Below are positions 44,590-56,410 of a DNA stretch of 64,000 bases, piece by piece. The position numbers were made by a program, and so were the translations under genes. The stretch lies in assembly GCF_009914755.1 (NCBI RefSeq), contig NC_060929.1; one strand, 5' to 3'. Numbering within the stretch: position 1 is the first letter of the stretch; every line of letters starts with the position of its first letter. The notes under the pieces were generated by a model. That model made no database searches, had not been told where the DNA came from, and worked only from the letters and a program-made list of their open reading frames with translations. The DNA is from the human T2T-CHM13v2.0 reference genome, Homo sapiens.

Positions 44590-46903
44590 GTGATTCTTGA
44601 GGAGAGAGAAGATTCCAGAACAGTGTTATGATTCTGTTAGGAAGAGGAAGGAGGGAATAGATGCTGGATATGCCTGCACGCAGCCACTGCCCACTACTGC
44701 TGGTTTGTTTCTGTGTCTTCTACCATAGTGCAAACTCCTTAAGGGGAGAAACCATGTCAGTCGTCTCTGCATTCCCCTACCACAGTGCCTGGCACATGCC
44801 AAGCATTCAAGAAATATTGAACAGAAGCATAGCATGAGAGAGACCTAACTGGTCAGACCTATGGAAATAGACCTAACTGAAACAGAAACCAGGTCAAGAG
44901 CCTCTTGCCAGAACCAACACGCTCCCTGGGAGAGCTGCTATCAAAAGATAAGGAAATGGGTGGATGACAAATTAGGAAGTAGAGGCAGTTTAAGGGCTAC
45001 TCTGAGTGGCAAAACAAAAGCACGGTGGTCAGGTACAATGATCGCCCCTGGGGAAGGGAGCTAAGTTCGCAAGGCTGTGACCACCGTTGCCTTTTAATGA
45101 AATCTTCAGAAGTAACCCCATAGGAAGGTGGTATTTTCCTGATCTTAAAAGAAGCACAGCAGGAGTTTTTGTTCTCCAGCCGCGGAGTGGTGGAACATGG
45201 CTTGCCATCCAACTGGAACGGCATTTTTGGCAGCAGTGCCTTTCGGTAGCTTTTCCCAGCTTGCCCTCTGCATAAGCCAGCCACTGCCCAGGCAGGCTGT
45301 GGTGGCACCACAATGCAGATGCACCAGGCCCTCTGGGCTCACCCACTTGCCTCTGTGTTTGAAATCAGTCCAGTGTTAATGCATCATACACCCCTGGTGA
45401 TGACTCATTTACAACCCCTGTGTCTGAGAAGGTGCCGGAGAACTCAGAGAAGAGAAGCTCAAAATTGTCCTGACTTACGGTCAAAACACTAAGATCTGGC
45501 CAGTGTGTGCAAGTATTTCAGGACCAGAATCGACCCTCCTCCCCCGCTTCACAGCAGGGTCATCACATGTGGTTACGCATGTGGTTGCACGGAAGCTCTG
45601 GCTGCGGTATAGGGGGCACTGAATCCAGATTGCACTCTGCTCACCAAGCTTGCAGGTGGGGTGCTTCCTCCATCTGCCTGGACGATGGGGCTCTTTTCTT
45701 CTCCTAGACACTTCTGCTTGCCAAGCCAGGGCTGCATCTGCCTAGAGGGGCCCTCTCATCTAACTGTTACAGAGGCACAGTGTTACCTTCCCATCCTATC
45801 CTTAGGACAGACCCAGAAGCCTTGGGCTGATTTGAGCTTGCTTTTTGTCCCAGCAGGAAGTATGCAAGCATGCAAGAACCAGCAGCTTTCTTACTGGCAG
45901 TGAGACCATCCGAGATGCTTGTCCTCCTTGATCCTGTTCTCTGCCAACTTCCCATTCCCCTTCCTGCAGATGGGCCGTGATCCTGGCCTATCTTCCCAGC
46001 TTTGCTCATGGTTATCTGTGTCTTCCTGGTTGCTGTCTGTCTGCAGAGCATCCTCTGACCCATTGATCACCCTGCTGGTGGGGGCCGTGGCTGCTCAGTC
46101 TGCTCTCAACCTGCCCCCTGGCTCCTCGCCAGGCTGATTCCTGGCTCATGGCTTAGCCCTCAACTTCCGTTTGTTTGTGCCTAGGCTCCTGCCTGGTTGC
46201 TGACACCAGCCCTGAATGCTGCTGGCCTGGGCTTTCGGTCTTGACTCTGGGCTTCAGAACTTATAGGCTTAGCACTGACAGCAACCTCTGATCTGGACAG
46301 GAAGGGGTTGTTTCCCACGGATGGAGTGTATCTGTCCACCCCAATTAGACATCTTGGAGCAGCCAGGCCCAGCCTGCTGAGTGTGCTACACATGCCCCTG
46401 TTTACAGATGGCCTCCTGGACCCTCTTTCTCTTCCAGCACTCACTCCCCACCCTGTTCTCCTGGTCAGCAACCAGAGTTCATTCCACTGTTATCTGTAAC
46501 CCTGTGAATCTTTCTAGATTTCAGATGATCTTTCTCAGCATTGTTTAAGCAATTTGCTCACAGACTCCATCATAATATCCTTTATAGCTTTACCCAGCTC
46601 CTAAGATCCTCCCAACCTGTGCCTCCCCCAGGAGCCACCCTCTCCCCTCTCCTCTCACCCCCTCACACACAGCCTGCTTTGGGGGTGGGGTCCAGACACC
46701 ATTTAGTTCTGGGCAGAAGCGGGATGAGTCAGAAGCCGAGTTTAAGGGGAAGGGAGACGGGCTGCCCTGAAAGTGCGCATTGTTGCTGGAACGAGAGTAG
46801 CTGTTCCCATTCTGGAGCTGAGCTGCGCAGTGTGTCTGGATATGAACAACATGGGCCAGCAGGGTGACATTAAGCCAGGATTGCAGAGGAATAAGAGACT
46901 AGG

Positions 46904-47523
46904 CATTACGGACTAAATGTGTGTGTTCCTCCCCCCAAATCAATATGTTGAAGTCCTAACCCCCAGAGTGATGGTGTTGGAAGACGGGGCCTTTGGGAGG
47001 TGATTAGAATTAGATGAGTGTGGGATCCTCATGATGGGAGTGGAGGCCTCATAGGAGGAGGAAGAGTCTCTCTCCTCGTGTGTGTGTGTAGGGGTGTGCG
47101 AGAGTGTGTGACTGTGTTTATGTTTGTGTGGGTGTACGTGTGACAGTGTATGAGTGTGTGTAGTTGTGAGTGTGGGGGCATGTGTGAGTGTATGTGTGAG
47201 TGTGTGAGTGTGTATATGTGAGTGTGAGTATGTGTGAGTGTGTGTGTTAGTGTATGTGTGTGAGTGTTAGAGTGTGTGTATGTGTGTGAGTGTGTGTGTA
47301 TGTGAGTATGAGTATGTGTGTGCCCCATGCACCAAGGAAAGGCCATGTGAGGACACTGTAAGGAGGAGGCCATTTGCAAACCAAGGAGAAGTTTCCTCAA
47401 CAGACACCAACCCTGTTGGTACTTTGATCTTGGACTTTACAGCTTCTAGAACTGTAAGAAAATCAATGCTTAAGCCATCCAGTATATGGTATTTTGTTAC
47501 GGCAGCCCGAGCTGACTAAGACA
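46904..47523 (+). mobile_element. MLT1A-like solo LTR
   Basis: aatatgttgaagtcctaacccc...gcagcccgagctgactaagaca; TSD ctagg/ctaga. Confidence 0.85.
47078..47322. repeat. Degenerate TG-rich low-complexity expansion inside MLT1A
   Basis: About 245 bp of imperfect (TG)n/(GAGTGT)n. Confidence 0.9.
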
Positions 47524-48014
47524 CTAGAGGAGATAATCCTGTCGAAAGCCTGGGAGAAAACATTACACTTTGAAAAATGAGCTTGGGAGTCATCGTGCCT
47601 CCTGCTCCCTTCCCCTGACCCCAGCCCCACTTCTGGCTGGGACCTTTGAAGAGTCCAGTTCCCCTTCCCCCATAATTCATTCTGTCCACCTACTCATTCC
47701 AGCACACTTTTTGATCTGATTTCTATGGCTCAGCTCCAAGGTGCTTGCCTCAGTCCCCTGGGCCGCAGGAGCCCACTCTGTACTGCTCCTTTGCTCCCAC
47801 CTGACCCTCTCCCACGAGATGGTTTTGGCATTCAGGCTCTGCTCCCCTGAACCTGGCTCCAGTGAAGCATGAATGCAGTGAGGGCAGCGGTCCTTTCTTT
47901 ACACTCCGCAGCACCTAACGTGATTTGGGACACGCGTCATGACTAATCAATGTTTGTTAATTGATTGATGAATAGATTGATTATAAGCACATTTTCCATT
48001 ACACTTTATAACAT

Positions 48015-48675
48015 GGTATTTTTCTAAGTGTGCTATAAGGACCTGTTGTACCAGAATCTCATTGAATGTCTTCTAAAATGCAGATCTTGGACCCCACCAC
48101 ACTGCTAGCAAACCAGAATTTGTGAGGGGAGAGCTCTGGCATTTGTGTTGTGGTGGATGAAAGATGGTTACAAATTATTTGACATTTTCCCCATCTAGAG
48201 GTGGGATCTATTTCTCCACCCCTTGAAATGCCCATGGCTGCTCTGATCAATGGAATGATGCAATGCCAATTCCAGAGCTAGCATAGGTCTCTAGGAGCCC
48301 TGGGCCACCAGAGCAATGTGATGAGACCCTAAGACCATGTGGAGACAGAGAAAAACATGGCTAAGCTAGCTTTACAATCACCCTACAATTTTCCAGTCAT
48401 GTAGGTGAAATTATCTTGGACTCTCCAGACAAGACCAGCCACCAGCTGAATACCAGTGGGTGACCCCAGTCAATCACATGGAACAGAAGAATCACTCAGC
48501 TGAGCCCTGCCAGAATTCTTGATCCACAAAATCCTGAAGTGCAATTAAATGATGGTTGTTTTAAGCCCCTAAATTTTAAGGTGGTTTGTTAAATAGTGAT
48601 AAACAACAAGAATATGCAGGTGTCACAAATTCTACAGGATATACATTTGTATCCTAGAATTTAGGAGTCATTGTT
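48015..48675. mobile_element. MER5-like hAT MITE split by an MLT1 (G/H-like) LTR (about 48149-48613, +)
   Basis: ctaaaatgcagatcttggacccc (MER5); tgtggtggat...ggttgttttaagcccctaaattt (MLT1). Confidence 0.65.
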
Positions 48676-49732
48676 ATAAAAGGATCTGACATTAATGAGT
48701 AAAATTTTATGTTAAATAATAAAAAGGATAATTCATTTCATAATGTATTATCTACATATCCTAGGGGAAGGAAGATGTGGTAAAACAAAATCTCACAATT
48801 TATGTTGTTGGTACTCATTTTATTGGACAGCAGGCCGGATCTGCTCATAGCATAAACAAGAGAGGGCCTCCAGCTCTCCTGAACTTTTCTAGACAATCTG
48901 ATTGCCACAGACAGTGTTAATAAACAGTGTCACCCCAATGGAATAAAATTTAGCTTTGGATTTAAAATGTAGTGAGCCCTGACAACATTTGGTTTGGACA
49001 TGTTTCCTTAGTCTATGCTTCCAGGCCAAAACTAAGATGATTTTTTTTTTCTGGTTTGTCTCTTGGGAGTATATTTTAAGACTAAGCTCGTGGGTTTTTT
49101 TCAGGTTTTATAATGAAACCTTTAGGCTTGTGAGTCACATGACTGACCACTACTTTTGCCGTAGTTTTGGACAAAAACCACAGACCCTACAAGCCCCACT
49201 GGGATTAGGGATTTTTGTTTTGATTTCTCAACAAAGCAGTTTGGACAAATCTGAGAGATTTTTCCAGACTCAGCAGAGATCTGTGTGAAACTCAGCATCT
49301 TCCTTGGATGCTTCAGCTAGCTTCCGTGGGTTTGGATGGACCCAGTGCTTAAAATGGAACTCTAAAAGCATAAAACCACATGAGCCAAAAATATTTTCCA
49401 AAATGAGTTTAACTAAGCTGAAGCTGCTGGGATGTGTGCCCTCTCTGTGCAGACAAGCAAATATGTCCCTTCCAACTTGATCTCCAACTTGCCTTCAAGC
49501 ACATAGCATTTGCAGTGTCACCTGCTGAGTAGAGCTATCCCTTAGAACCGAACTCAGGCCTCTTTAGACACTCATCAGAGGTGACAGCATGTTTCTAAAC
49601 ACTCAATAATTTAAGTTGGGCAAGAAATCCACCTCACCATTTATTTTTATTTTGTTCATCTGAATAACAAAGTGCCCATATGGTGGTATCACTTGAGAAG
49701 AGCTGACAAATAAACATAATCATCCTTCGAGC

Positions 49733-49915
49733 CAGTGGTTCTCAAACAGCAGGCCTGGTGATGGCGGGGCTGCTTCAACACCGCTTGGGGCTCTGGTTAC
49801 AAATACAGATTCCCAGGCAGCCCCGCCAAATCAGAATTTCTGGGTGGGAGCCCAAGAATCTTTATTTTTAATGAGTTTCTCAGATGATTGTACACATCCA
49901 AGTTTAGGAAACACT
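49733..49915. mobile_element. MER5A
   Basis: TIRs cagtggttctcaaac / gtttaggaaacact; aaatacagattcccagg...aatcagaatttctggg core. Confidence 0.8.
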
Positions 49916-50252
49916 TTTGTGTTTAAAAAACACCTCTGCTTCTGGCTGAGATGGAGTTACAGGGACTGGGTTTATCCTCCTGCCTGACACAACTGAAAAA
50001 CTGGGCAAAGTGTGTGAAAGAATGGTTTTCAGACCAGGGACATCAAAAGCCCAGCGTGGTGATCTCTGCGAGGGGAACAAATGAGGTGGACTGTAGGATA
50101 TTACCCAAGCTCACTGTCTGTGGAGTTTCTGGGCTGCAACACAGAGCATGGTGACCTCCCTGAGTCCAGGGGATAGAGCTGGGAGTCCTGGAAGCCACAG
50201 TGGCTAAAGGAGAGCTGGACACCGCTTGCTCTATGACAAAATCTCTTTATCA

Positions 50253-50691
<439 letters not shown>

Positions 50692-52102
50692 CTAACATGG
50701 ACGAAGGCCAAGCAAAGAACAAGTTTACTACATGCCCTTGTCTGTGTTTTTAAGATAGAGATATTGACATATTGAGATGTGCAGAATATTTCTGTGGGAA
50801 ACATAACAAAGTGTTGTGTTAGTTACCTCTGAGGAAAAGGCCTGAGTGCCTGGGATGTAGTGAAAGATTATTTTTACTGTATACTTTCTGTACTGTTTAA
50901 ATATCTTACAATGCACATGTATTTCTTTTTCAACAAAAAAGCTAGTTAAAATAAAATATTAAAATAAATAAATCGCCTTAAGGATTTCATTAAATTTTTA
51001 ATAAATTTTCATTTCATTTCCACAAACTCACTCATTATATAACTCTAGGAAATATCTACAATGTAAAGCAATTGTTATAATACACACCTATGTGATAATT
51101 TATTCTATATGTCATTCACAATTTAGTTTATCTTTTATTCATCTGGCATACATAAAACTACACAAAAAATGACAACACATTTCATTGTTATTGTGTTTCA
51201 AATTGTTCAAAGGACAGGTTTTTGTCTTTGTTGCCTATTCATTTCCAAAATATGAGTTTAAAAGTGTTTAATTGTTTTGGGGATCTGGCCCAGTCTTACA
51301 CAATGCCCAGCATCAATTATCTGGCTGTTACATACACATTCCTGTTGTCTCTGAAATCTACAAAATTATTCTATTTGAGACACTTAAGTGTCAGAAAAAT
51401 AAGATATTTCTAAGGCCTTCTTTGTCTCTATGTCCAGGTTGATTTAAGATAAAGAAAAGCTTCTGGGTGGAATAAATGTTCATGCCTCAGGCCATGGGCA
51501 GCACCCCAACATGCTAACACTGAGACCCAGGGTGAGGGCAGCTCTTCCTAAGGGGACACTGTACCGCACTTGCCACTGTGTTTCGTGTTCTTTTCTTAAA
51601 GTCAGCATACACATGTTTTTGTTGTTAGGCAAAAAAGATGAGCTCTATGAATCATCTAAAACTTTCGCTTGTTCAGACAACAAAGATTTTTGAAGCTTAA
51701 AGAGTTAAGAGGCCCAAAGAATAGGTTTAACCAAAGAACCAAAGTCAAATAAAACGATTCTGGGAATCTAAATAACAGAAATCATTTCCATTCTTCCAAG
51801 CTGCTGATATACCATCATACCTTCTCTATTCATGGATTCCCACTACCAGGACAAATAAAGCAAGTTCCTTCTCTCCGAAATTCTTTCTCAAAAACATTGG
51901 GAAAGGGAGGAAAATAGGGATATGCTTGTGTTTGCTTGTATCGGCAAAAATCCCGGGATGATACACAAGAAGCTAACGATGTGCTTACCTGCAGGGAGAG
52001 GGGGTTGGGGAAGGGGCTGGGCCGGAGCAGATGGGGACAGACTTCTCAACATATACATTTTTATATTGTGTTGATATTCCCCATGTTAATGCATCGCCTA
52101 GT

Positions 52103-52392
52103 TTTATTTTTATTTTTTAAAGACAAGTTCTGTCACCTAGGTTCTAGTGCAGTGGCACGATCCATAGCTCACTGCAGCCTCAAACTCCTAAGCTCCAGTG
52201 ATCCTCCCACCTTAGCCTCCCTAACAGCTAGGACTACAGTCATGTACCACCGTGCTTGGCTAAATTTTTTATTTTTTGTAGAGACAGGGTCTCTCTATGT
52301 AGCCCAGGCTTATCTCAAATTCCTGGCCTCAAGCAGTCCTCCTACCTCAGCCTCCCAAAGTGCTGGGATTACGGGCATGACTCATTGTGCCA
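52103..52392 (-). mobile_element. AluJ within an ancient L1M 3' end
   Basis: Diverged dimeric Alu in antisense (atagctcactgcagcctcaaactcc). Confidence 0.88.
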
Positions 52393-52586
52393 TTTTTAAA
52401 ATTAAAGTTAAAAAATATTTCTCAAAGTTTATCTCTTTTCATAAAACCTTTATATAATATGCCTGTGCCTGGGTCAAATGGATTGAAGTTGCACAAACTG
52501 ACTAAAAACAACAGGCAGCTGGAGCCTAACCCTGCCTCCCTCCTCTAGTTATCAATTTGAATGAAAAGGGATCTCAAGAAATTGTC

Positions 52587-53369
52587 ATTTCTTATGCAGC
52601 CAACAGACACATGAAAAAATGTTCATCATCACTGGTCATCAGAGAAATGCAAATCAAAACCACAATGAGATACCATCTCACACCAGTTAGAATGGCGATC
52701 ATTAAAAAGTCAGGAAACAACAGATGCTGGAAAGGATGTGGAGAAATAGGAACACTTTCACACTGTTGGTGGGAGTGTAAACTAGTTCAACCATTGTGGA
52801 AGACAGTGTGGCGATTCCTCAAGGATCTAGAACTAGAAATACCATTTGACTCAGCCATCCCATTACTGGGTACATACCCAAAGGATTATAAATCATTCTA
52901 CTGTAAAGACACATGCACACGTATGTTTATTGCGGCACTATTCACAATAGCAAAGACTTGGAACCGACCCAAATGTCCAACAATGATAGACTGGATTAAG
53001 AAAATGTGGCACATATACACCATGGAACACTATGCAGCCAATAAAAAAGAAGGAGTTCATGTCCTTTGCAGGGACATGGATGAAGCTGGAAACCATCATT
53101 CTGAGCAAACTATCACAAGGACAGAAAACCAAACACAGCATGTTCTCACTCATAGGTGGGAATTGAACAATGAGAATGCTGGGACCCAGGGTGGGGAACA
53201 TCACACACTGGGGTCTGTCGTGGGGTGGGGGCATGGGGGAGGGATAGCATTAGGAGATATACATAATGTAAATGACAAGTTAATCGGTGCAGCAAACAAA
53301 CACGGCACATGTATACATATGTAACAAACCTGCACATTGTGCACATGTACCCTAGAACTTAAAGTATAA

Positions 53370-53404
<35 letters not shown>

Positions 53405-53426
53405 ATACCAGACACCAATTTAAAAA
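52587..53426 (+). mobile_element. 5'-truncated L1PA (PA5/6-like) with short 3' extension
   Basis: ORF2 C-terminus and 3'UTR, (TAAA)n tail, extra 14 nt, A-run; TSD aagaaattgtc (52576-52586 and 53427-53437). Confidence 0.93.
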
Positions 53427-53650
53427 AAGAAATTGTCTAATTGACTGATTTCTTTTGGCTGCCCCTTTTCACAATCTTATGTCAGATGAATCTATAGGTT
53501 CTTAGAACATTTTGAAAACTAAGAGGCAAAATTTTACTTTGTGTAGTTTTTCCTTTTACAGGCATTTTGGGCACTTCACTACAGAATAACCTGTGTACAC
53601 ATTAGGAAAACAGAGGTGAACTAAACAAAGAGGAACTAAAAAGTCTAAGA

Positions 53651-53653
<3 letters not shown>

Positions 53654-53701
<48 letters not shown>
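53654..53701. repeat. (TG)24 microsatellite; another TG/CG tract at 54072-54104
   Basis: Seen directly. Confidence 0.95.
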
Positions 53702-53704
<3 letters not shown>

Positions 53705-54799
53705 AGGCTGGGGGACATTGGGAGAGGGTAAAGAAGGACTGGAGGTATTTCCCAGTGTAAACATTAGAGGTTTAATTTTTGCAAAGCAGCTTTTCTGGTG
53801 AAATATTGCTGACTGAATTTGGAAGTTGATGATATAATTCAGTTGTCCTCTGGGCATTGTGGGTACCCTATTATTTTCTCGGTTGAAATGCTTTCTCCCC
53901 ATCTCAGAATAGTAGAGAAAAACTGAATAATTTCATATTGCACACTTTCCCTGTTGGGGAATAATTTAAGCACTACCATATGTCTTCTTATTTTGTCCTT
54001 CTACTGTCTCTCATGAACCACTGGGCTTTGAAAATACACATAGAAAACAAACACAAAGAAACACTAGAGAAGTGTGTGCGTGCGTGTGTGTGTGTGTGTG
54101 TGTGTTTAAAATCACTCTGGTGATTCCTCAATCACTGGGCCATGGTAATTATCCAGGAAGGTGTTTGAAGATATGCTCCGCTGAAGGGGAGTTATAACAA
54201 CCTTTAGAAACTGTTTAAGCCCCAGGAACTAAAATCAGCCTGATAGTGGCTGCACACGATAGGAAGAAATCATCATTGAAATTAGACCCAAGGAAGAGCA
54301 CATGAAGTGTGTTTGCCATCAGCCACGAGCATCAGAACACTTCAGGCCCCGGTAGCAGGCGTTTTACCTGCGATGAATAGCTTGCTCTGAGGCACTCCTG
54401 TTGAGTTGGTGTCTCTTTCCCAGTATTGTGTGGCATTATTGCCCCACGTTCACAATGGGCTGTCAGATTTGCCAGAGCAGAGGCCAATTTCTGAAGCATC
54501 CTAATCAGCCTAGAAATAATAGTCCAGTTACCTGATTTTTTACACAGTTCTTTACCTTTTCCCAGCACCAAGGAGTTTTGTAGCTAACATTATTCACATC
54601 AAACAACTGTGGAGGTTAAAGTTATCTCAGATTTGGAGCCATATAACTTGCTTGAAAGGTGCAGTGATTTTTCAAGTACATTTAAAGGACTCAGCAAACC
54701 GATTATTCAGAAGGCCTCTTGTCTCTGAAAGCTGATTAAATCATACAAATTATCAAGACACTTATTTCAAAGATACTGAGAAAATCAGAGTGTCCTTGG

Positions 54800-55362
54800 A
54801 AGGTGGCTGTGGCCTCAACATGCCTTCACGTCCCCTCAAGAAGAAGGGTCCCCATCTCCTAGCTGAATCAGGATGGGCTGGTGACAGTGAAGGATGGTAG
54901 AAGTGTCGCTGGTGTGACTTCCAGTGCTGGGTTAGAAAAGGCCACGCCACTGGGAGGCAGAGCTTGCAGTGAGCTGAGATCACGCCATTGCACTCCAGCC
55001 TGGGCGACAGAGCGAGACTCCATCTCAAAAAAAAAGAAAAGAAAAGAAAAGAAAAGAAAAGGCCATGCTGCTTCTGCTTTGCCATCTTGGCCCACTTATT
55101 CTGGGGGAAGCCAGCCAGCATGTAAGAAGCCCAACTCCACTGAGAAAGCCACATTGGGAAGCCCTTCTGGTTACAACCCCACTGGGCTTCCAGAATAGCC
55201 AGCATCCCCTGCCAGCCATGTGGATGGGCATCTTGGGCATGCAGCCCATGTGAGCCATCAGGTGATTGCAGTCTCGTCAATATCTGACAACAGCTTTATG
55301 AAAAACCACATGTGGCAAGAGAGCAGCCAAGCCCTTCTGGAGTTCATGACCTGCAAAATCAC
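54800..55362 (+). mobile_element. MLT1 LTR relic, interrupted by an Alu fragment and probably by the L1PA4
   Basis: tgtgacttccagtgctgggttagaaaaggcca..., ccagccatgtg...catcttgg, gacctgcaaaatc. Confidence 0.6.
54948..55054 (+). mobile_element. 5'-truncated AluY-like fragment with (GAAAA)n tail
   Basis: gagcttgcagtgagc diagnostic; TSD agaaaaggcca(c/t)gc (54934-54947 and 55055-55068). Confidence 0.9.
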
Positions 55363-55366
55363 CTTT

Positions 55367-55834
55367 TTAAAAAATTAACCGGGGGGTGGAGCCAAGATGG
55401 CCGAATAGGAACAGCTCCAGTCTACAGCTCCCAGCGTGAGCGACGCAGAAGATGAATGATTTCTGCATTTCCAGCTGAGGTACTGGGTTCATCTCACTGG
55501 GGATTGTCAGACAGTGGGTACAGGACAGTGGGTGCAGTGCACCGAGCGTGATCCAAAGCAGGGTGAGGCATCGCCTCACCTGGGAAGCGCAAGGGGTCAG
55601 GGAATTCCCTTTCCTAGCCAAGGAAAGGGGTGACAGACGGCACCTGGAAAATCGGGTCACTCCCACCCTAATACTGCACTTTTCCAATGGTCTTAGCAAG
55701 CGGCACACCAGGAGATTATATCCCGTGCCTGGCTCAGAGGGTCCCACGCCCAAGGAGCCTCGCTCATTGCTAGCACAGCAGTCTGAGATCAAACTGCAAG
55801 GTGACAGTGAGGCTGAGGGAGGGGTGCCTGCCAT
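55367..55834 (-). CDS. ORF0: L1 ORF0 (antisense), open and extended to 155 aa
   Basis: ATG in strong Kozak context (gcaATGg); MAGTPPSASLSPCSLISDCCASNERGSLGVGPSEPG...RVGVTRFSRC matches ORF0; no stop until flanking DNA. Expression unknown. Confidence 0.55.
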   Translation of the reverse strand: MAGTPPSASLSPCSLISDCCASNERGSLGVGPSEPGTGYNLLVCRLLRPLEKCSIRVGVTRFSRCRLSPLSLARKGNSLTPCASQVRRCLTLLWITLGALHPLSCTHCLTIPSEMNPVPQLEMQKSFIFCVAHAGSCRLELFLFGHLGSTPRLIF

Positions 55835-56410
55835 TGCGGAGGCTTGAGTAGGTAAACAAAGTGGCCGGGAAGCTCGAACTGGGTGGAGCCCACCGCAGCT
55901 CAGGGAGGCCTGCCTGCCTCTGTAGACTCCACCTCTGGGGGCAGGGCATAGCCAAACAAAAGGCAGCAGAAACCTCTGCAGACTTAAATGTCCCTGTCTG
56001 ACAGCTTTGAAGAGAGTAGTGGTTCTCCCAGCAAGCAGCTGGAGATCTGAGAACGGACAGACTGCCTCCTCAAGTGGGTCCGTGACCCCCGAGTAGCCTA
56101 ACTGGGAGGCACCCCCCAATAGGGGCAGACTGACACTTCACATGGCCAGGCACTCCTCTGAGACAAAACTTCCAGAGGAACGATCAGCCAGCAACATTTG
56201 TTGTTCACCAATATCTGCTGTTTTGCAGCCTCTGCTGCTGATACCCAGGAAAAGTAGGGTCTGGAGTGGACCTCTGGCAAACTCCAACAGACCTGCAGCT
56301 GAGGGTCCTGACTGTTAGAAGGAAAACTAACAAACAGAAAGGACATCCACACCAAAACCCCATCTGTGCGTCACCATCATCAAAGACCAAAGGTAGATAA
56401 AACCACAAAG
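55381..56410 (+). promoter_or_regulatory. L1 5'UTR internal sense promoter and antisense promoter region
   Basis: YY1 motif CAAGATGGCC at 55393-55402; many retained CpGs; function inferred from known L1PA biology. Confidence 0.75.

Noticed and set aside
44841-44879. Short direct repeats agacctaactg with a ggtcagacc core (nuclear-receptor-like)
   Set aside because: Imperfect half-sites; small local duplication or chance is sufficient
44861-46867. Many short ORFs in the GC-richer region
   Set aside because: Explained by lower stop-codon frequency; no recognisable domain or coherent exon chain
47029-47400. His/Thr-rich 123-aa ORF
   Set aside because: Translation of a TG-rich low-complexity tract in an MLT1A LTR
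52557-53324. 255-aa ORF
   Set aside because: Starts at TTG in the flank; it is the L1 ORF2 C-terminus frameshifting into the 3'UTR, with no promoter
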